From an uncultured Acidobacteriota bacterium (lineage in GTDB: Bacteria; Acidobacteriota; UBA6911): DNA of 64,000 bases. Positions within the stretch are counted from its first letter, which is position 1; each line of letters starts with the position of its first letter. Under the pieces are notes generated by a model. It had not been told where the DNA came from, did no database searches, and was given only the letters and a program-made list of their open reading frames with translations. The stretch covers positions 384,001 to 448,000 of the forward strand of contig CAWEJX010000001.1 of the NCBI GenBank assembly GCA_963809485.1. Reading direction: 5' to 3'. Position numbers and translations under genes: made by a program. This document shows positions 19,862 through 30,598 of the stretch, one piece after another.

Positions 19862-21958
19862 TTATCCACCGGAAACATTTGAAACCTCAGCCAGCGGAAA
19901 CCAAAGGTGCACCGTCGTCCCGCTACCCTCCTGGCTTTCGACTTTAATGGTGCCGTTGTGAGCCTCAACGATCTTTTTCGACTGATAGAGACCTATGCCC
20001 AGGCCTTCGCTCTTTGTGGTGTGGAATGGGACAAAAAGCTCTTTTTCAATAAATTCAATGCCCATTCCGGGGCCATCGTCTTCCACTGCCAGCTCTACTT
20101 GATCTGCTTTGCTTCGAGTCCTCAGCGTAATGGTCCCACCGGAAGGCATAGCCTCTCTGGCATTGAGCAGCAGGTTCCGTAGGACGCGCTCAATCTCCTC
20201 GGCATCCACGAAAACAGGCGGAACCTCAACAAGGTCAAGGATCAGCCGGTGCGAATGATCACCAGAGAAATTATCGGCAACAGTACGCACAATATGATTT
20301 AAATCGCAGATCTTTTTGTTGACCGGAACCGCCCCTGAAAATGCCCTCAGGCTGTTGCAGAGCTTCTTCATTTTTTCGGCGGTTTCAAAAACGGACTGAA
20401 ACGCATCCCGCTGGAAGTCAGGATTATCCCGGTACTGGGAGGCGTTTCTTGCTATGAGTGATAGCGTTGAAGCGAAGTTTTTCAGATCGTGGAGCAGGAA
20501 AGTGGAAAAGGTCCGAAAAACTTCGCTTTCCTTGGCTTCCACAAGGGTAGCCAGAAGATCCGTTTTGTGAAATTCCCCGGCGGCATATCGACCGAGGACG
20601 CCGAGGAACTCGAGAGCATCCCAATCGTAAGGCTGCCCGCTCCGATCGGGCCCCACAGTCAGGAGACCGACGACCCGGCCCCCGGAGTGCAGGGGAACAA
20701 CAACAGATGTGTTGGTTTTGGCGATGAGCTCCGGCATCAATTTCTCCAAAGCAGCGTTGTCGAACTCTTTAACGGGAGTCGGCTTGTCGACGTCAAACAG
20801 CTTCTCGACAATCCCGAATAGCTCAGTCCCTGAAGCGTACCCGATATTTCCAAGCATCCCGACCAATTTGAGACGGACCGGATTCTGCATTCTCAGCCAG
20901 ACACTGACGTCGATGGCTCCAACTGCTTTCTGCGCAATATCTGCGAGGGCCTCGGCAGCAGCTTCGGTTGCATCCAGGGCTCGGATCCGGTCGCTGGCTT
21001 CAATCCAGTATTGCCGGTAATCGTACTTTCCGGCAAGGAGGTTTCTCCGTATCCAGTGTTTCGCGCGATGACGGAAATCGGTCCAGAGGAGAATCACAGC
21101 CAGGGATAGCAGAAGAAGCAGGAAAAGCATCGCTTCGAGGGATACTTCCTGACTGCCCCACTGTCCCGCCCACCGCGCGGCGAGACTCGATATAATCAGG
21201 TAGATCCCGGCCCCGGTCAGCGTAATTGTGCTGTAGATAAATCCCTGAGAAACACTTACCTTCCAGCGGCCTGAACTCCTTCGCCAGGATACCAGGATCA
21301 GGAGGCAGGAAATCAGAAACAGGATTGGAAATATCTGAAGAGACGCAAAAGATATAAGTCCAACCCGGGGAGAAAAGAGAAGGACTTTGGAACCGATGTA
21401 AAGAATACACCCGAACATTCCCGCGAGACCAAGCAGGAGGAATTTGATCTCCCAACGGACACCTTCCGGGGCGCTTCTGAGCGTCTGTTCCAGGTTGGCG
21501 AGCACAACAACGGAAACCAGCACGAGATATAGTGCGCAGAAATAGGCCCCGGGACCCAGGGCGAAATCCCCGGGCGGAATTGCCATTGTCAGGTCAGGGG
21601 GCATGGAATACCAAATCCATACAAAGCCCACCGCGGCAGCAACCATAGTCAGAATGGTGGAGACAGATCTTTTGGGCCACAAGCGAGCACGGTCCTCGCG
21701 ACCCACGGTAAAGCTGACCAGATAGCCCAGAGGGGCGGCAACAACAATCAGGCCAAAGGAAAACCTCAACAAAGACTCAGTGGGCCAGGCACTCTGCAGC
21801 GAACGCAACACCATGGCGCCTGAAGATAAAGACAGCGGCAAAAGGAGAAGCGCAAGAAACCATGATGCCCTCCCAATTCGTCGAAAAAGGAACACCAGGA
21901 TCGCGGTGGTTATCCCGACCGCAAAGGAGAGCAATTGCACAAAACCCAAAGGTGGCAT
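19862..21958 (-). CDS. prsK: PEP-CTERM system histidine kinase
   Basis: N-terminal TMs with ANLEQT.R...RWEIKF, KYDYR..W, GAF, H-box HDLKN, G-boxes GLGIGLYQ. Confidence 0.92.
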   Translation of the reverse strand: MPPLGFVQLLSFAVGITTAILVFLFRRIGRASWFLALLLLPLSLSSGAMVLRSLQSAWPTESLLRFSFGLIVVAAPLGYLVSFTVGREDRARLWPKRSVSTILTMVAAAVGFVWIWYSMPPDLTMAIPPGDFALGPGAYFCALYLVLVSVVVLANLEQTLRSAPEGVRWEIKFLLLGLAGMFGCILYIGSKVLLFSPRVGLISFASLQIFPILFLISCLLILVSWRRSSGRWKVSVSQGFIYSTITLTGAGIYLIISSLAARWAGQWGSQEVSLEAMLFLLLLLSLAVILLWTDFRHRAKHWIRRNLLAGKYDYRQYWIEASDRIRALDATEAAAEALADIAQKAVGAIDVSVWLRMQNPVRLKLVGMLGNIGYASGTELFGIVEKLFDVDKPTPVKEFDNAALEKLMPELIAKTNTSVVVPLHSGGRVVGLLTVGPDRSGQPYDWDALEFLGVLGRYAAGEFHKTDLLATLVEAKESEVFRTFSTFLLHDLKNFASTLSLIARNASQYRDNPDFQRDAFQSVFETAEKMKKLCNSLRAFSGAVPVNKKICDLNHIVRTVADNFSGDHSHRLILDLVEVPPVFVDAEEIERVLRNLLLNAREAMPSGGTITLRTRSKADQVELAVEDDGPGMGIEFIEKELFVPFHTTKSEGLGIGLYQSKKIVEAHNGTIKVESQEGSGTTVHLWFPLAEVSNVSGG

Positions 21959-22431
21959 CTGGTCATGTCCTGAAAAGATGAATTATACGCATTATACAAC
22001 AGCATAACTAAACGATTCAGTCTGCCCGGCCCGCAAAACGGAAACATGTCCTGAGCTCCGGTTTGTCATTTTACAGCAAATGCCAAAATCATGGATATCC
22101 CGGAGCTCACAGGCCAGAAAATCCTCATCCTACCTCATCGGCTTTTTCGCCATTTCATCAATCCTGATTGATCAGGAATCATGGGCCAAAGAAGATGAAA
22201 AATATCAGGCGCAGCAAATATCTGGAAAAATGGAGGAAAGAGTTATTAAATCAGATCCGATAAACATAAAGAAATGCTATATATAAACAGGCATGCACAA
22301 AGCCGCGGAATTACAGCCGCTCAGGGACGCCTCATTGGACGCAACTCGTTTAATTTTGCTTGTGCGGGATTATGTTTCAGGCACCTCCAAATGTTAGGAA
22401 TGGCCTCAAAGTGGAAATATTCTGAAATGCT

Positions 22432-23034
22432 ATGGCTATGATCACCTCAAAGAAGGCATATCTATATTTCCTGGAACAGGACCGGTTGGCTCTCGGCATT
22501 CAAAGTGGCGGTATGGCGCCAAAAATCAGGAAAGCCTTCTTACCGGACTATGTATGGAAATTTGAGAAACTGATGCGAAAGTTGGAGTATCTTACCAATA
22601 CAAAACAGGGAATGTGGGGAAATGCCCGCTTACTGGTTGCGCGCATAGCCTATTTCAGGCTATCGGTAAAGCTCGGATTTTCAATCCCCATAAATGTCTT
22701 TGACGCCGGACTATCCATTGCCCACTATGGAACAATAATAGTAAACAGCGCAGCGGTCGTAGGTAAGAATTGCCGCTTGCATGCAGGCGTAAATATCGGA
22801 GCAACAGGGGGACAGCGGGAAGCACCCCAAATAGGGGATAATGTATATATTGGACCCGGAGCCATCATATTCGGCAAAATCTCCATAGCGAACAATATTA
22901 CAATTGGAGCAAATGCAACGGTTAATAAAAGCTTCTTACAGGAGGGGGTTGTGCTTGCAGGGACTCCAGCCAAGATCGTGAAGGAAAACTGTCCTGTATG
23001 GTGGAAAAACCACAAGCTGCCCTTGGCGCCGTAG
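22432..23034 (+). CDS. hexapeptide-repeat O-acyltransferase (serine acetyltransferase-like)
   Basis: GLSIAHYGTII, APQIGDNVYIGPGA, IGANATV, AGTPAK. Confidence 0.88.
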   Translation: MAMITSKKAYLYFLEQDRLALGIQSGGMAPKIRKAFLPDYVWKFEKLMRKLEYLTNTKQGMWGNARLLVARIAYFRLSVKLGFSIPINVFDAGLSIAHYGTIIVNSAAVVGKNCRLHAGVNIGATGGQREAPQIGDNVYIGPGAIIFGKISIANNITIGANATVNKSFLQEGVVLAGTPAKIVKENCPVWWKNHKLPLAP

Positions 23035-23412
23035 GCGAATATTTGGCGCTGCAAGATTCCCTGTTACAGTCCTGTCATCGATTATCCGAAAACGTGCCTT
23101 AATATGGAGTCACTGCCCAAATAAAGCGATAATAATGGCGTGAAATCGGCCGATTGATCTTATGGCGGTTGAGGCTGTGCCATGTCAAGATTTCGGATAT
23201 GCCAATAATTGTAAGATAAAATTGGGTTTATCCGTTAATCCAACTGTAACTGAGAGGGCGAAGCTATATATTCTGACAATTGGAGCTCATTCTGCTTTGG
23301 CGGAGAAAACCGCTTGAGGGGGTGAGGGTCCCAATTCTGATAGCTGTTCTCGGGCACCCGAGTGCCTAATCAATGATCTGAATGTGCGTCGAATCTGCGT
23401 CAGGTTGAAATT

Positions 23413-24615
23413 TTGAGAATACTTATTCTGGACGAAGAAATACCTTTTCCGCCCAACTCAGGGAAACGATTACGCACCTATAACCTGATAAAGCCACTTT
23501 CTCAGAGGCACAAAATTATCTATGTTTCCCGCCTTCTGGAGAGTGCAACCTATCACTCTGGAGATTTCGAGGCTCTAGGCATCCGGACCATGATCGTGGA
23601 TAAGCCTGTTCGCCGAAAATCTGGTTTGCGATTTTATCTTTCCTTAGCTACAAACCTGTTTTCATCTTCTCCATACGTTGTCTCCAGCCATTTTTCAAAA
23701 ACACTTTCTGGCACGATCGATCAGATGTGTCGGGAAGAAGCTATCGATCTGATCCACTGTGAATGGACCCCATATGCGGTAAATATGCCGCGATTCCCAT
23801 CACGGCCGACCGTTGGTATGGCGCACAATGTGGAATCAGTGGTTTGGCGAAGATATCAGCAGGTGGAAAAAAACCCTCTCAGAAAGCTGTTTTGGAGGCT
23901 TCAAGCCATTAAAATGGAGCGATTTGAGAGCAGAATGCTTCCGAAATTTACTCGAGTGATTTCCGTATCGGATCAGGATAAGCGCCTGATCAGCCGATGG
24001 GTCCCGCAGGACCGTATAGGAGTTGTGCCCAATGGCGTTGACACCAATTTCTTTAGTCCGGAATCCGGGACAGAGGTCCGTGAGTCTCTGGTTTTTACCG
24101 GATCGCTCGATTGGAGGCCGAATGTAGACTGTGTTCTTTACTTTCTGGATGAAATCTGGCCTTTGATAAAAAGGGATTTCCCCGGAAGCCGCCTCGCCGT
24201 GGTAGGACGAAGTCCACTTCCAATGCTTTCTTCGCGCATTGAGAGGGAGAGGAATGTAACTCTTTATGGATCAGTCGCCGATGTCCGTCCCTACCTGAAC
24301 AATGCGGAAGTTTGTATCGTCCCCCTGAGAATTGGCAGTGGATCCCGGCTAAAAATTCTTGAAGCACTTGCGATGGGAAAGCCCGTTGTCTCCACATCAA
24401 TCGGCGCGGAGGGGCTGGAAGTAGAAAATGATAGACACATTCTGCTTGGAGACAGCCCGTCTGATTTTGCAGCTGCCGTGTCGAAACTCTTCAGGGATGC
24501 CGAGTATCGACGGGAGCTGTCATCCGAGGGGCGAAGCCTGGTCATGCAAAAATATACCTGGCAGGTGCTCGCCGAACGGCTGGAAATTGAATGGCAAAAG
24601 GCAGTCTCTCAATAG
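23413..24615 (+). CDS. GT4 glycosyltransferase (TIGR03087-like)
   Basis: PFPPNSG..LR, FTGSLDWRPN, PLRIGSGSRLKILEALAMGKPVVST. Confidence 0.9.
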   Translation: MRILILDEEIPFPPNSGKRLRTYNLIKPLSQRHKIIYVSRLLESATYHSGDFEALGIRTMIVDKPVRRKSGLRFYLSLATNLFSSSPYVVSSHFSKTLSGTIDQMCREEAIDLIHCEWTPYAVNMPRFPSRPTVGMAHNVESVVWRRYQQVEKNPLRKLFWRLQAIKMERFESRMLPKFTRVISVSDQDKRLISRWVPQDRIGVVPNGVDTNFFSPESGTEVRESLVFTGSLDWRPNVDCVLYFLDEIWPLIKRDFPGSRLAVVGRSPLPMLSSRIERERNVTLYGSVADVRPYLNNAEVCIVPLRIGSGSRLKILEALAMGKPVVSTSIGAEGLEVENDRHILLGDSPSDFAAAVSKLFRDAEYRRELSSEGRSLVMQKYTWQVLAERLEIEWQKAVSQ

Positions 24616-25757
24616 GGTTCCCTTCCTTGACAAAGCCTCTTATCTTGCATGTCCGTGCAACAAATTTTTATGGCGGGCCCGAAAAGCAGATATTTGAACA
24701 CATCCGCAGATCCCGCAATTATCGACATGCGGTCGTAACTTTTGTCGACAGCGCGGCCGGCACTGAGCTATCTGAAAAATGCCGCGTCGCAGGCATCCAG
24801 GTTCATGCCATAGGCCCCGGACAGCAATTCATACCCCTTGCCATCAGAAGGCTCCGTCAAATCATTGCATCATTGCGTCCGTCAATGATCTGCTCGCACG
24901 GATATAAGCCCGCGATTCTGCTTCCGATCGCAGCAATCGGACGAAAAATCCCAATATTGGGATTCGCCAGAGGTTTCACGGCAGAGAACACCAAAGTGGC
25001 ATTTTTTGAGTTTTTAGAGCGCCGCGCGATGGGCCGATTTTATGGCGTCGTCTGTGTCTGCAAAGCCCAACAGCAGCAACTCACTGAAGCAGGCATTCGT
25101 GCAAAGAGGTTTTGGGTTGTACAAAATGCCGTTTCTCTCCCCGACAAATCAGCTGAGTCGGAGACATCGGCACATCTGCGCAGGGATCTGGGTTTGTCTC
25201 CCGACATTACTTTGATAATATGCGCGGGCCGGTTGAGTCCGGAGAAAGGCCAGAGCGATCTCCTCCGAGCCATATCAATGTTGAGCATTGGCATCGCCAG
25301 GTATCGCCTACTCATTTGCGGTGATGGCCCCCTCCGTACGGTTTTGGAACGCGAAGCATCCAGCCTAGGCATAGCAGATCGTGTGAGGTTCCTCGGTTTT
25401 CGTCGCGACCTGATGACAATATTCCAGAGCATGAACCTTCTGGTTCTTCCTTCCCACACAGAAGGCCTGCCCAATGTAATACTCGAAGCCTTCTCCTGCG
25501 CAAAACCAGTAGTGGCAACAAGCGTTGGGGGCATTCCGGAATTGGTCGTGCATGGGAAAAACGGCCTTTTGGTCCCGCCCAAGCGTCCTGATCTGCTTTC
25601 CAGGGCGTTAGAGAGCTGTCTCGCTTCTCCCGAGAAAACACACTTGATGGGAAAAGAGGGTTTTTCAACTGTATCCGAGCAATTCAGTTTTGAAGCGCAT
25701 ACCAGGCGACTGGAGAAAATTTACGAGGAAGTGCTTGCCTCCGCAAACCTAATGTGA
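24591..25757 (+). CDS. GT4 glycosyltransferase
   Basis: GGPEKQ, GRLSPEKG, PSHTEGLPNVILEA. Confidence 0.9.
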   Translation: MAKGSLSIGFPSLTKPLILHVRATNFYGGPEKQIFEHIRRSRNYRHAVVTFVDSAAGTELSEKCRVAGIQVHAIGPGQQFIPLAIRRLRQIIASLRPSMICSHGYKPAILLPIAAIGRKIPILGFARGFTAENTKVAFFEFLERRAMGRFYGVVCVCKAQQQQLTEAGIRAKRFWVVQNAVSLPDKSAESETSAHLRRDLGLSPDITLIICAGRLSPEKGQSDLLRAISMLSIGIARYRLLICGDGPLRTVLEREASSLGIADRVRFLGFRRDLMTIFQSMNLLVLPSHTEGLPNVILEAFSCAKPVVATSVGGIPELVVHGKNGLLVPPKRPDLLSRALESCLASPEKTHLMGKEGFSTVSEQFSFEAHTRRLEKIYEEVLASANLM

Positions 25758-25864
25758 GACCCATCCGATGGAGTTGCAGGGAATTCGAATTTGGGCCGCT
25801 AATAACTCTTATAACATCGGTTTCGCGTGCCACGCAATGATCCCCAAATGATAAGGGAGGCATC

Positions 25865-26899
25865 TTGATCAGAATACGCGCTTTTGAGAAGAGCGATATC
25901 CCACAAGTTGCTGATTTGCGAAGCAAGTTCTCAACGCACTCTCGTGAGATCTTGTGTTCTGACGCCCAATCATTACTGGAAAATCCGTTATACAACAAGA
26001 CAACGCCTTCCCTCGTCGCTCAAGATAATTCCGAGATTGTAGGGTTTATGGGAGTTATTCCCAGACTCATGAGAATGAACGGCGCTCCCATATATGCCGC
26101 AGTAATGACACAATTCATGGTGCACCCCGATTACCAGAACAAAGGCATAGGAAATACGCTTATGGCAGAAGTGGTGCACGGTCCGCAGGAATTATGCTTT
26201 TCAGACCGCGTAAACGAGCCTTCCCAGCGTGTTCATATTAGACTTGGTGGGAAAATAATCCCACTGCTAAGCATAGACTGGATAAGAGTTTTGCAGCCTG
26301 CTTCATTTGCATGGTCAAAGATATCGGGAGATGGAAGGCTCAATAAATGTATCCGGCCAGCGACAAAGCTGATGGATATTGGCCTTTCGCGCTGGATGGA
26401 AATTGACAAAACAATATTTGGGCGCTCATCGCTGAATGCAATTACATTTCTCAATCATTTTGAAGAGCTTTCCGCCAATTATGCCCTGAGCCCTGTCTAT
26501 TCCATTGAATATGTCCAGTGGCTTCTTGCCAGCCTCAAAAGGAGGAAACAGCGTGGCAGACTTCGAATGCTCGCCGTGTTAAGCTCCGAAGATAAGATAA
26601 TCGGAACCTATGCCTATTATGCAACCGGCAAAGGGACCGCGGAACTGATTTATTTCGGCGCAAATGAGGAATTCGCCGCACCGGTCCTGAATAGCTTTTT
26701 TGACGCTGCGTCCCACGATGGCTGCCATGCTGTCTTTGGCCGCCTGAATTCGCTTCTTTTGAGACCGCTATTGCATGGGCTATGCGTCTTCCGCTGCAGC
26801 GAGTGGATGGTTATCCACTCCAGACATGCCGAGATTCGTGCCGCCATACAAGAGAACAATGCATGGATTTCTCCGCTTGACGGGGAGTTAGCCTGTTAG
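25865..26899 (+). CDS. GNAT-family N-acyltransferase
   Basis: IRAFEKSDIP, IVGFMG, motif A MVHPDYQNKGIG. Confidence 0.8.
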   Translation: MIRIRAFEKSDIPQVADLRSKFSTHSREILCSDAQSLLENPLYNKTTPSLVAQDNSEIVGFMGVIPRLMRMNGAPIYAAVMTQFMVHPDYQNKGIGNTLMAEVVHGPQELCFSDRVNEPSQRVHIRLGGKIIPLLSIDWIRVLQPASFAWSKISGDGRLNKCIRPATKLMDIGLSRWMEIDKTIFGRSSLNAITFLNHFEELSANYALSPVYSIEYVQWLLASLKRRKQRGRLRMLAVLSSEDKIIGTYAYYATGKGTAELIYFGANEEFAAPVLNSFFDAASHDGCHAVFGRLNSLLLRPLLHGLCVFRCSEWMVIHSRHAEIRAAIQENNAWISPLDGELAC

Positions 26900-27061
26900 A
26901 CCGCACCCCGGCTTCACATACGCTTCAGAATGAGGCGAGGCAAAATCGGTCAATCGCCCTCACCCTCCCCGTTGGTCGCTTGAGTGATAATAATAATTAT
27001 GCACTCGGTGCGTCCCTTCAAAGCTTTGGCAAAGACCCAAACCATTCTTTGAATTCCTGAA

Positions 27062-28234
27062 ATGATAAATCTTCTTGAGACATCCATCCCGAGAGCCTTG
27101 CAGTCGGAATCGGCCAGACTGGGAATAGAAGTCGGCGGCATGGAAATGTTGAACAGCATTTCCAACGAGTGGAGACAGCTCTGCGATCATGCAACAAACG
27201 ACGAGCCCTTCTATCGTCCAGAATGGATTTCCGCCCATCTCAAGGCTTTCGAGCCCGGCGCAGAGTTTCGGCTTGTTGTTGCCAGGGAAAAAACAGAAAT
27301 CCAGGCCGTTTTGCCGCTGGTTTTTGAACGCACACATTTTTGCGGCTTGCCCGTCATAAAGTATAGAAGTGTAACAAACAGGGGCACCTTTCGCTTCGAC
27401 CTGTTGCGTCGATCCGGATCAGAAGGCGCATCGGGCGTGCGCAACATTTGGCAGTTCTTCCGCGCCATGCCTGGATGGGATGTAATAGAAATAGCCAGTG
27501 TGCCGGAAAATGGAGCAACGGAGGATTTGCTGCAACTTGCTCGGCAGGATGGCTTTATGACAGGAAGTTGGGAAGCAGACAGTTCACCCTATGTAAACAT
27601 AGCAGATCTTGAAGGAGCTGATACTTATTATCTGTCAAAACAATATAAAAGATTTCGGGCGGATTTGCGACGCGAATTGCGAAACATATCAAAACTCGGC
27701 ACCCTATCCCTGGATCGAATCGACAACGCTGACGGCAGGGATTTGGACGATTTTTTCCGCCTCGAGAGCTCAGGCTGGAAAGGAACGAACAAAACAGACA
27801 TCATCTCGAAAGGGCAAAAAACGTTCTTTGAAGAGATCGCTCAGAAGGCCGCAGAAATGGGGTATCTCTCCTTTTATATGCTCCGGCTTGATGGCAGAAC
27901 AATTGCAGCCCACTTCGGGCTTTCCTACAAAGGAACCTATTACTCTCCCAAAATTGCCTATGATGAGAACTATAGAAGATTCGGCCCAGGACAGCTGTTG
28001 ATTGAAATGATATTGAAGGAGTGCATCGATCGCGACCTCTCCAAATACGAAATCCTGGGAGCTCCGGCCAAATACAAGGCCATGTGGACCTGCCGCCTTC
28101 GGAGACATTTTTTCCACTATATATTTTGCAAACGTCCTTATGGGCATCTACTCCACACGCTGAAATTCAGGATGATCCCCCTGATGAAAAAGCTTCCGAG
28201 GCAAGGCATGAGTCCGGAATCCAATCAGCGTTGA
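27062..28234 (+). CDS. GNAT acyltransferase, CelD/BcsL (Acetyltransf_6) type
   Basis: PFYRPEW, LESSGWKG, LRLDGRTIAA, AYDE...FGPGQLL, YK..W. Confidence 0.83.
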   Translation: MINLLETSIPRALQSESARLGIEVGGMEMLNSISNEWRQLCDHATNDEPFYRPEWISAHLKAFEPGAEFRLVVAREKTEIQAVLPLVFERTHFCGLPVIKYRSVTNRGTFRFDLLRRSGSEGASGVRNIWQFFRAMPGWDVIEIASVPENGATEDLLQLARQDGFMTGSWEADSSPYVNIADLEGADTYYLSKQYKRFRADLRRELRNISKLGTLSLDRIDNADGRDLDDFFRLESSGWKGTNKTDIISKGQKTFFEEIAQKAAEMGYLSFYMLRLDGRTIAAHFGLSYKGTYYSPKIAYDENYRRFGPGQLLIEMILKECIDRDLSKYEILGAPAKYKAMWTCRLRRHFFHYIFCKRPYGHLLHTLKFRMIPLMKKLPRQGMSPESNQR

Positions 28235-28368
28235 CAGAAGGTCAAAGTAACCGCAGGGGCACGAAAGCTATCCCAGCCGGCCGGCCTGTAAAATCTTCCA
28301 AAAGAAACATATCCTGACTGCAAGCATGAGCATAATCAGGCTATCGATCAGGGAGCAGAAGAGATCAG

Positions 28369-29514
28369 ATGGCGAGCAACGGAAAAGGAACCCGCGCAGA
28401 TACAGATATAGAGGTGCATGCCGGTGGCATGGAGGCCATAGGCCGCATCGCCGATGAATGGCGCGAACTATGCAAGGTAGCCAGGAACGATGAGCCCTTT
28501 TATCGCCCTGAATGCATCGCCGCATACCTTCGGGCGTTCGACCGTGAGGCTAAGCTCAAGCTGATTGCGGCGCGCAAGGGGTCCAAGCTTACGGGCGTCC
28601 TCCCTCTAATATATGAAACAACAACCTTCCGGGGACTGCCTGTTCGAAAACTGAAGAGCCCGGCAAATGTTCATTCGCTGCGCTTTGACCTTCTGTGTCA
28701 ATCCGGCGCGGATGGGGATTCAGCCCTGCGGGCATTGTGGCGCTTCATCAGTCACATGTCAGGATGGGATATGCTTGAAGTTTCCTATGTGCCTCAGGAC
28801 GGGGCTTTCGAGCAAATCATGGCGGCTGCTTCCGCAAGTGGATTCCCGATCGGGCATGGTTACCTATGGCGCACACCTTACCTGCTTTTGGATCCAGGAA
28901 GCCCCGAACGGGATTGGGAAAGGCAGATGCACGGGGACCACAAGCGAGAACTCCGTCGCACACGGAGGAAACTTGAAGCACTTGGAAACCTCCGACTAAA
29001 GCGAATTACCGAGTTTGACGGCGATGCTTTGGAGACTCTGTACCGAATTGAGCAATCCGGCTGGAAAGGAAAAGCAGGCGGCGCAATTGCCAATCATTCG
29101 GATACAAAACAGTTTTATGGCGACCTGACAAGGTCCGCTGCTGAATTTGGGTATTTCGTTTTTCACAGCCTGGAGCTGAACGGATCCTGCATCGCGGCGA
29201 GCATCGGTATGTTCTATGGATCCCGCTTCTTTGCCATCAAGTGGGCTTATGATGAACAGTATTCCAAACTCGGGCTGGGCCACCTATTAATCGAGGATAT
29301 TATGGGAGACTGCAAAGCGCTGGGAGCCACTGAATTCCAATTTATGGGCCCTTGGGCTGAATATAAAGCCAGGTGGGCGAACTTGGTAAAACCGCACGCG
29401 TGCTGCTACATTTTCAGATCCGGGCGCTACGGAAGCCTCCTTCATGACATGAAATTTATGGCAACGCCCATAATCAAGCGCTGGTTAGGAAAAAACATAG
29501 TCCCCAAGGAATAG
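28369..29514 (+). CDS. GNAT acyltransferase, CelD/BcsL type (paralog of upstream gene)
   Basis: NDEPFYRPE, IEQSGWKG, AYDEQYSKLGLGHLL, YKARW. Confidence 0.83.
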   Translation: MASNGKGTRADTDIEVHAGGMEAIGRIADEWRELCKVARNDEPFYRPECIAAYLRAFDREAKLKLIAARKGSKLTGVLPLIYETTTFRGLPVRKLKSPANVHSLRFDLLCQSGADGDSALRALWRFISHMSGWDMLEVSYVPQDGAFEQIMAAASASGFPIGHGYLWRTPYLLLDPGSPERDWERQMHGDHKRELRRTRRKLEALGNLRLKRITEFDGDALETLYRIEQSGWKGKAGGAIANHSDTKQFYGDLTRSAAEFGYFVFHSLELNGSCIAASIGMFYGSRFFAIKWAYDEQYSKLGLGHLLIEDIMGDCKALGATEFQFMGPWAEYKARWANLVKPHACCYIFRSGRYGSLLHDMKFMATPIIKRWLGKNIVPKE

Positions 29515-29541
29515 CATCCTGCCGAAAACAGCGAGGTTTGA

Positions 29542-30597
29542 ATGACCAGAGCCAGACAATGGTTCCATGGCTTCCTCTACTACTCAGGCCTTTGGCTTGT
29601 TTTTCGAAAATGGAACCGCCGGCGTATCGCGATACTTATGTATCACGGCATCGTTGAGCGGGATCTCGGCACTTGGACCCAGGTGCCCGCAGAGGCATTC
29701 ACAAAGCAGATGCAATATATACATGATTCCTGCAAGCCAATCGCGCTGACCCATGCCGTCCGAGTGCTTCGACAGAAAGAGCCTGGACCCAGGTGCGGAG
29801 TCGCGGTGACTTTTGACGACGGCTTTCGAAGCAATGAAAAACTGGGCTATCCGGTTTTGAAATCCCTGGACATTCCCGCCACAATATTCATGACAACTTC
29901 ATTTGTTGAAAAATCCGGGAAATGGGGGGCGCTTCCGTGGAGTGATTTTATACGGCTGGTAATAAGACGGGCTCAGGCAACACACCTGGATGCAAGAGAA
30001 TTGGGACTAGGGATCATTGATTTGACCGACAGCAAGAGCACTTCTGATGCCACAAGGTCGATTCTCGGCCGGCTTAAGAGCCTGGACGCGGCGGAAAAAA
30101 ACCGGCTACTGGCTTTGATTGTTGATCGCGCGCAGCCATTGATGCCACTGGATCCCGAAGGGTACTATGATCCCCTCGACGCGGAAGCCCTGCGGCGGCT
30201 CATTTCAGGAGGGCTGATCGAATTCGGAGCGCATACTCTAAACCATGAAATTCTCACCCGCCTGCCAATAGAGGAAGCTTCAGAGGAAATGTGGGCATCG
30301 AAGGCCAAGACCCAGCAACTGACAGGGCAGCCGGTGCGTCACTTCGCCTATCCGAACGGGATGCCCTCCGATTACAATACCGACCTCCAGCGGATTGCAT
30401 CGAACCATTTCGATTCCGCTGCAACGACCCTTTCAGGGCTTAATTCCGTTGGCTGCAATCCATATGAACTCAAGCGCATTCCGATCGGAAACGACACCAA
30501 CATGATCGAATTCAAGCTTTGCCTTTCCGGCACTCTCGAATTTTTTGAAAGCTTTATCCAATGCCTCCGCCCGACCCTCCAGAACAGGATCCCATAG
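29542..30597 (+). CDS. polysaccharide deacetylase (CE4/NodB)
   Basis: ILMYHG, VTFDDG, FGAHTLNH, FAYPNG. Confidence 0.9.
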   Translation: MTRARQWFHGFLYYSGLWLVFRKWNRRRIAILMYHGIVERDLGTWTQVPAEAFTKQMQYIHDSCKPIALTHAVRVLRQKEPGPRCGVAVTFDDGFRSNEKLGYPVLKSLDIPATIFMTTSFVEKSGKWGALPWSDFIRLVIRRAQATHLDARELGLGIIDLTDSKSTSDATRSILGRLKSLDAAEKNRLLALIVDRAQPLMPLDPEGYYDPLDAEALRRLISGGLIEFGAHTLNHEILTRLPIEEASEEMWASKAKTQQLTGQPVRHFAYPNGMPSDYNTDLQRIASNHFDSAATTLSGLNSVGCNPYELKRIPIGNDTNMIEFKLCLSGTLEFFESFIQCLRPTLQNRIP

Positions 30598-30598
30598 C

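Noticed and set aside
23350-23366. sigma-54 promoter before the GT4 operon (GGCACCCGAGTGCC)
   Set aside because: GGCAC-to-TGC spacing is one base short of consensus; it is only a short palindrome.
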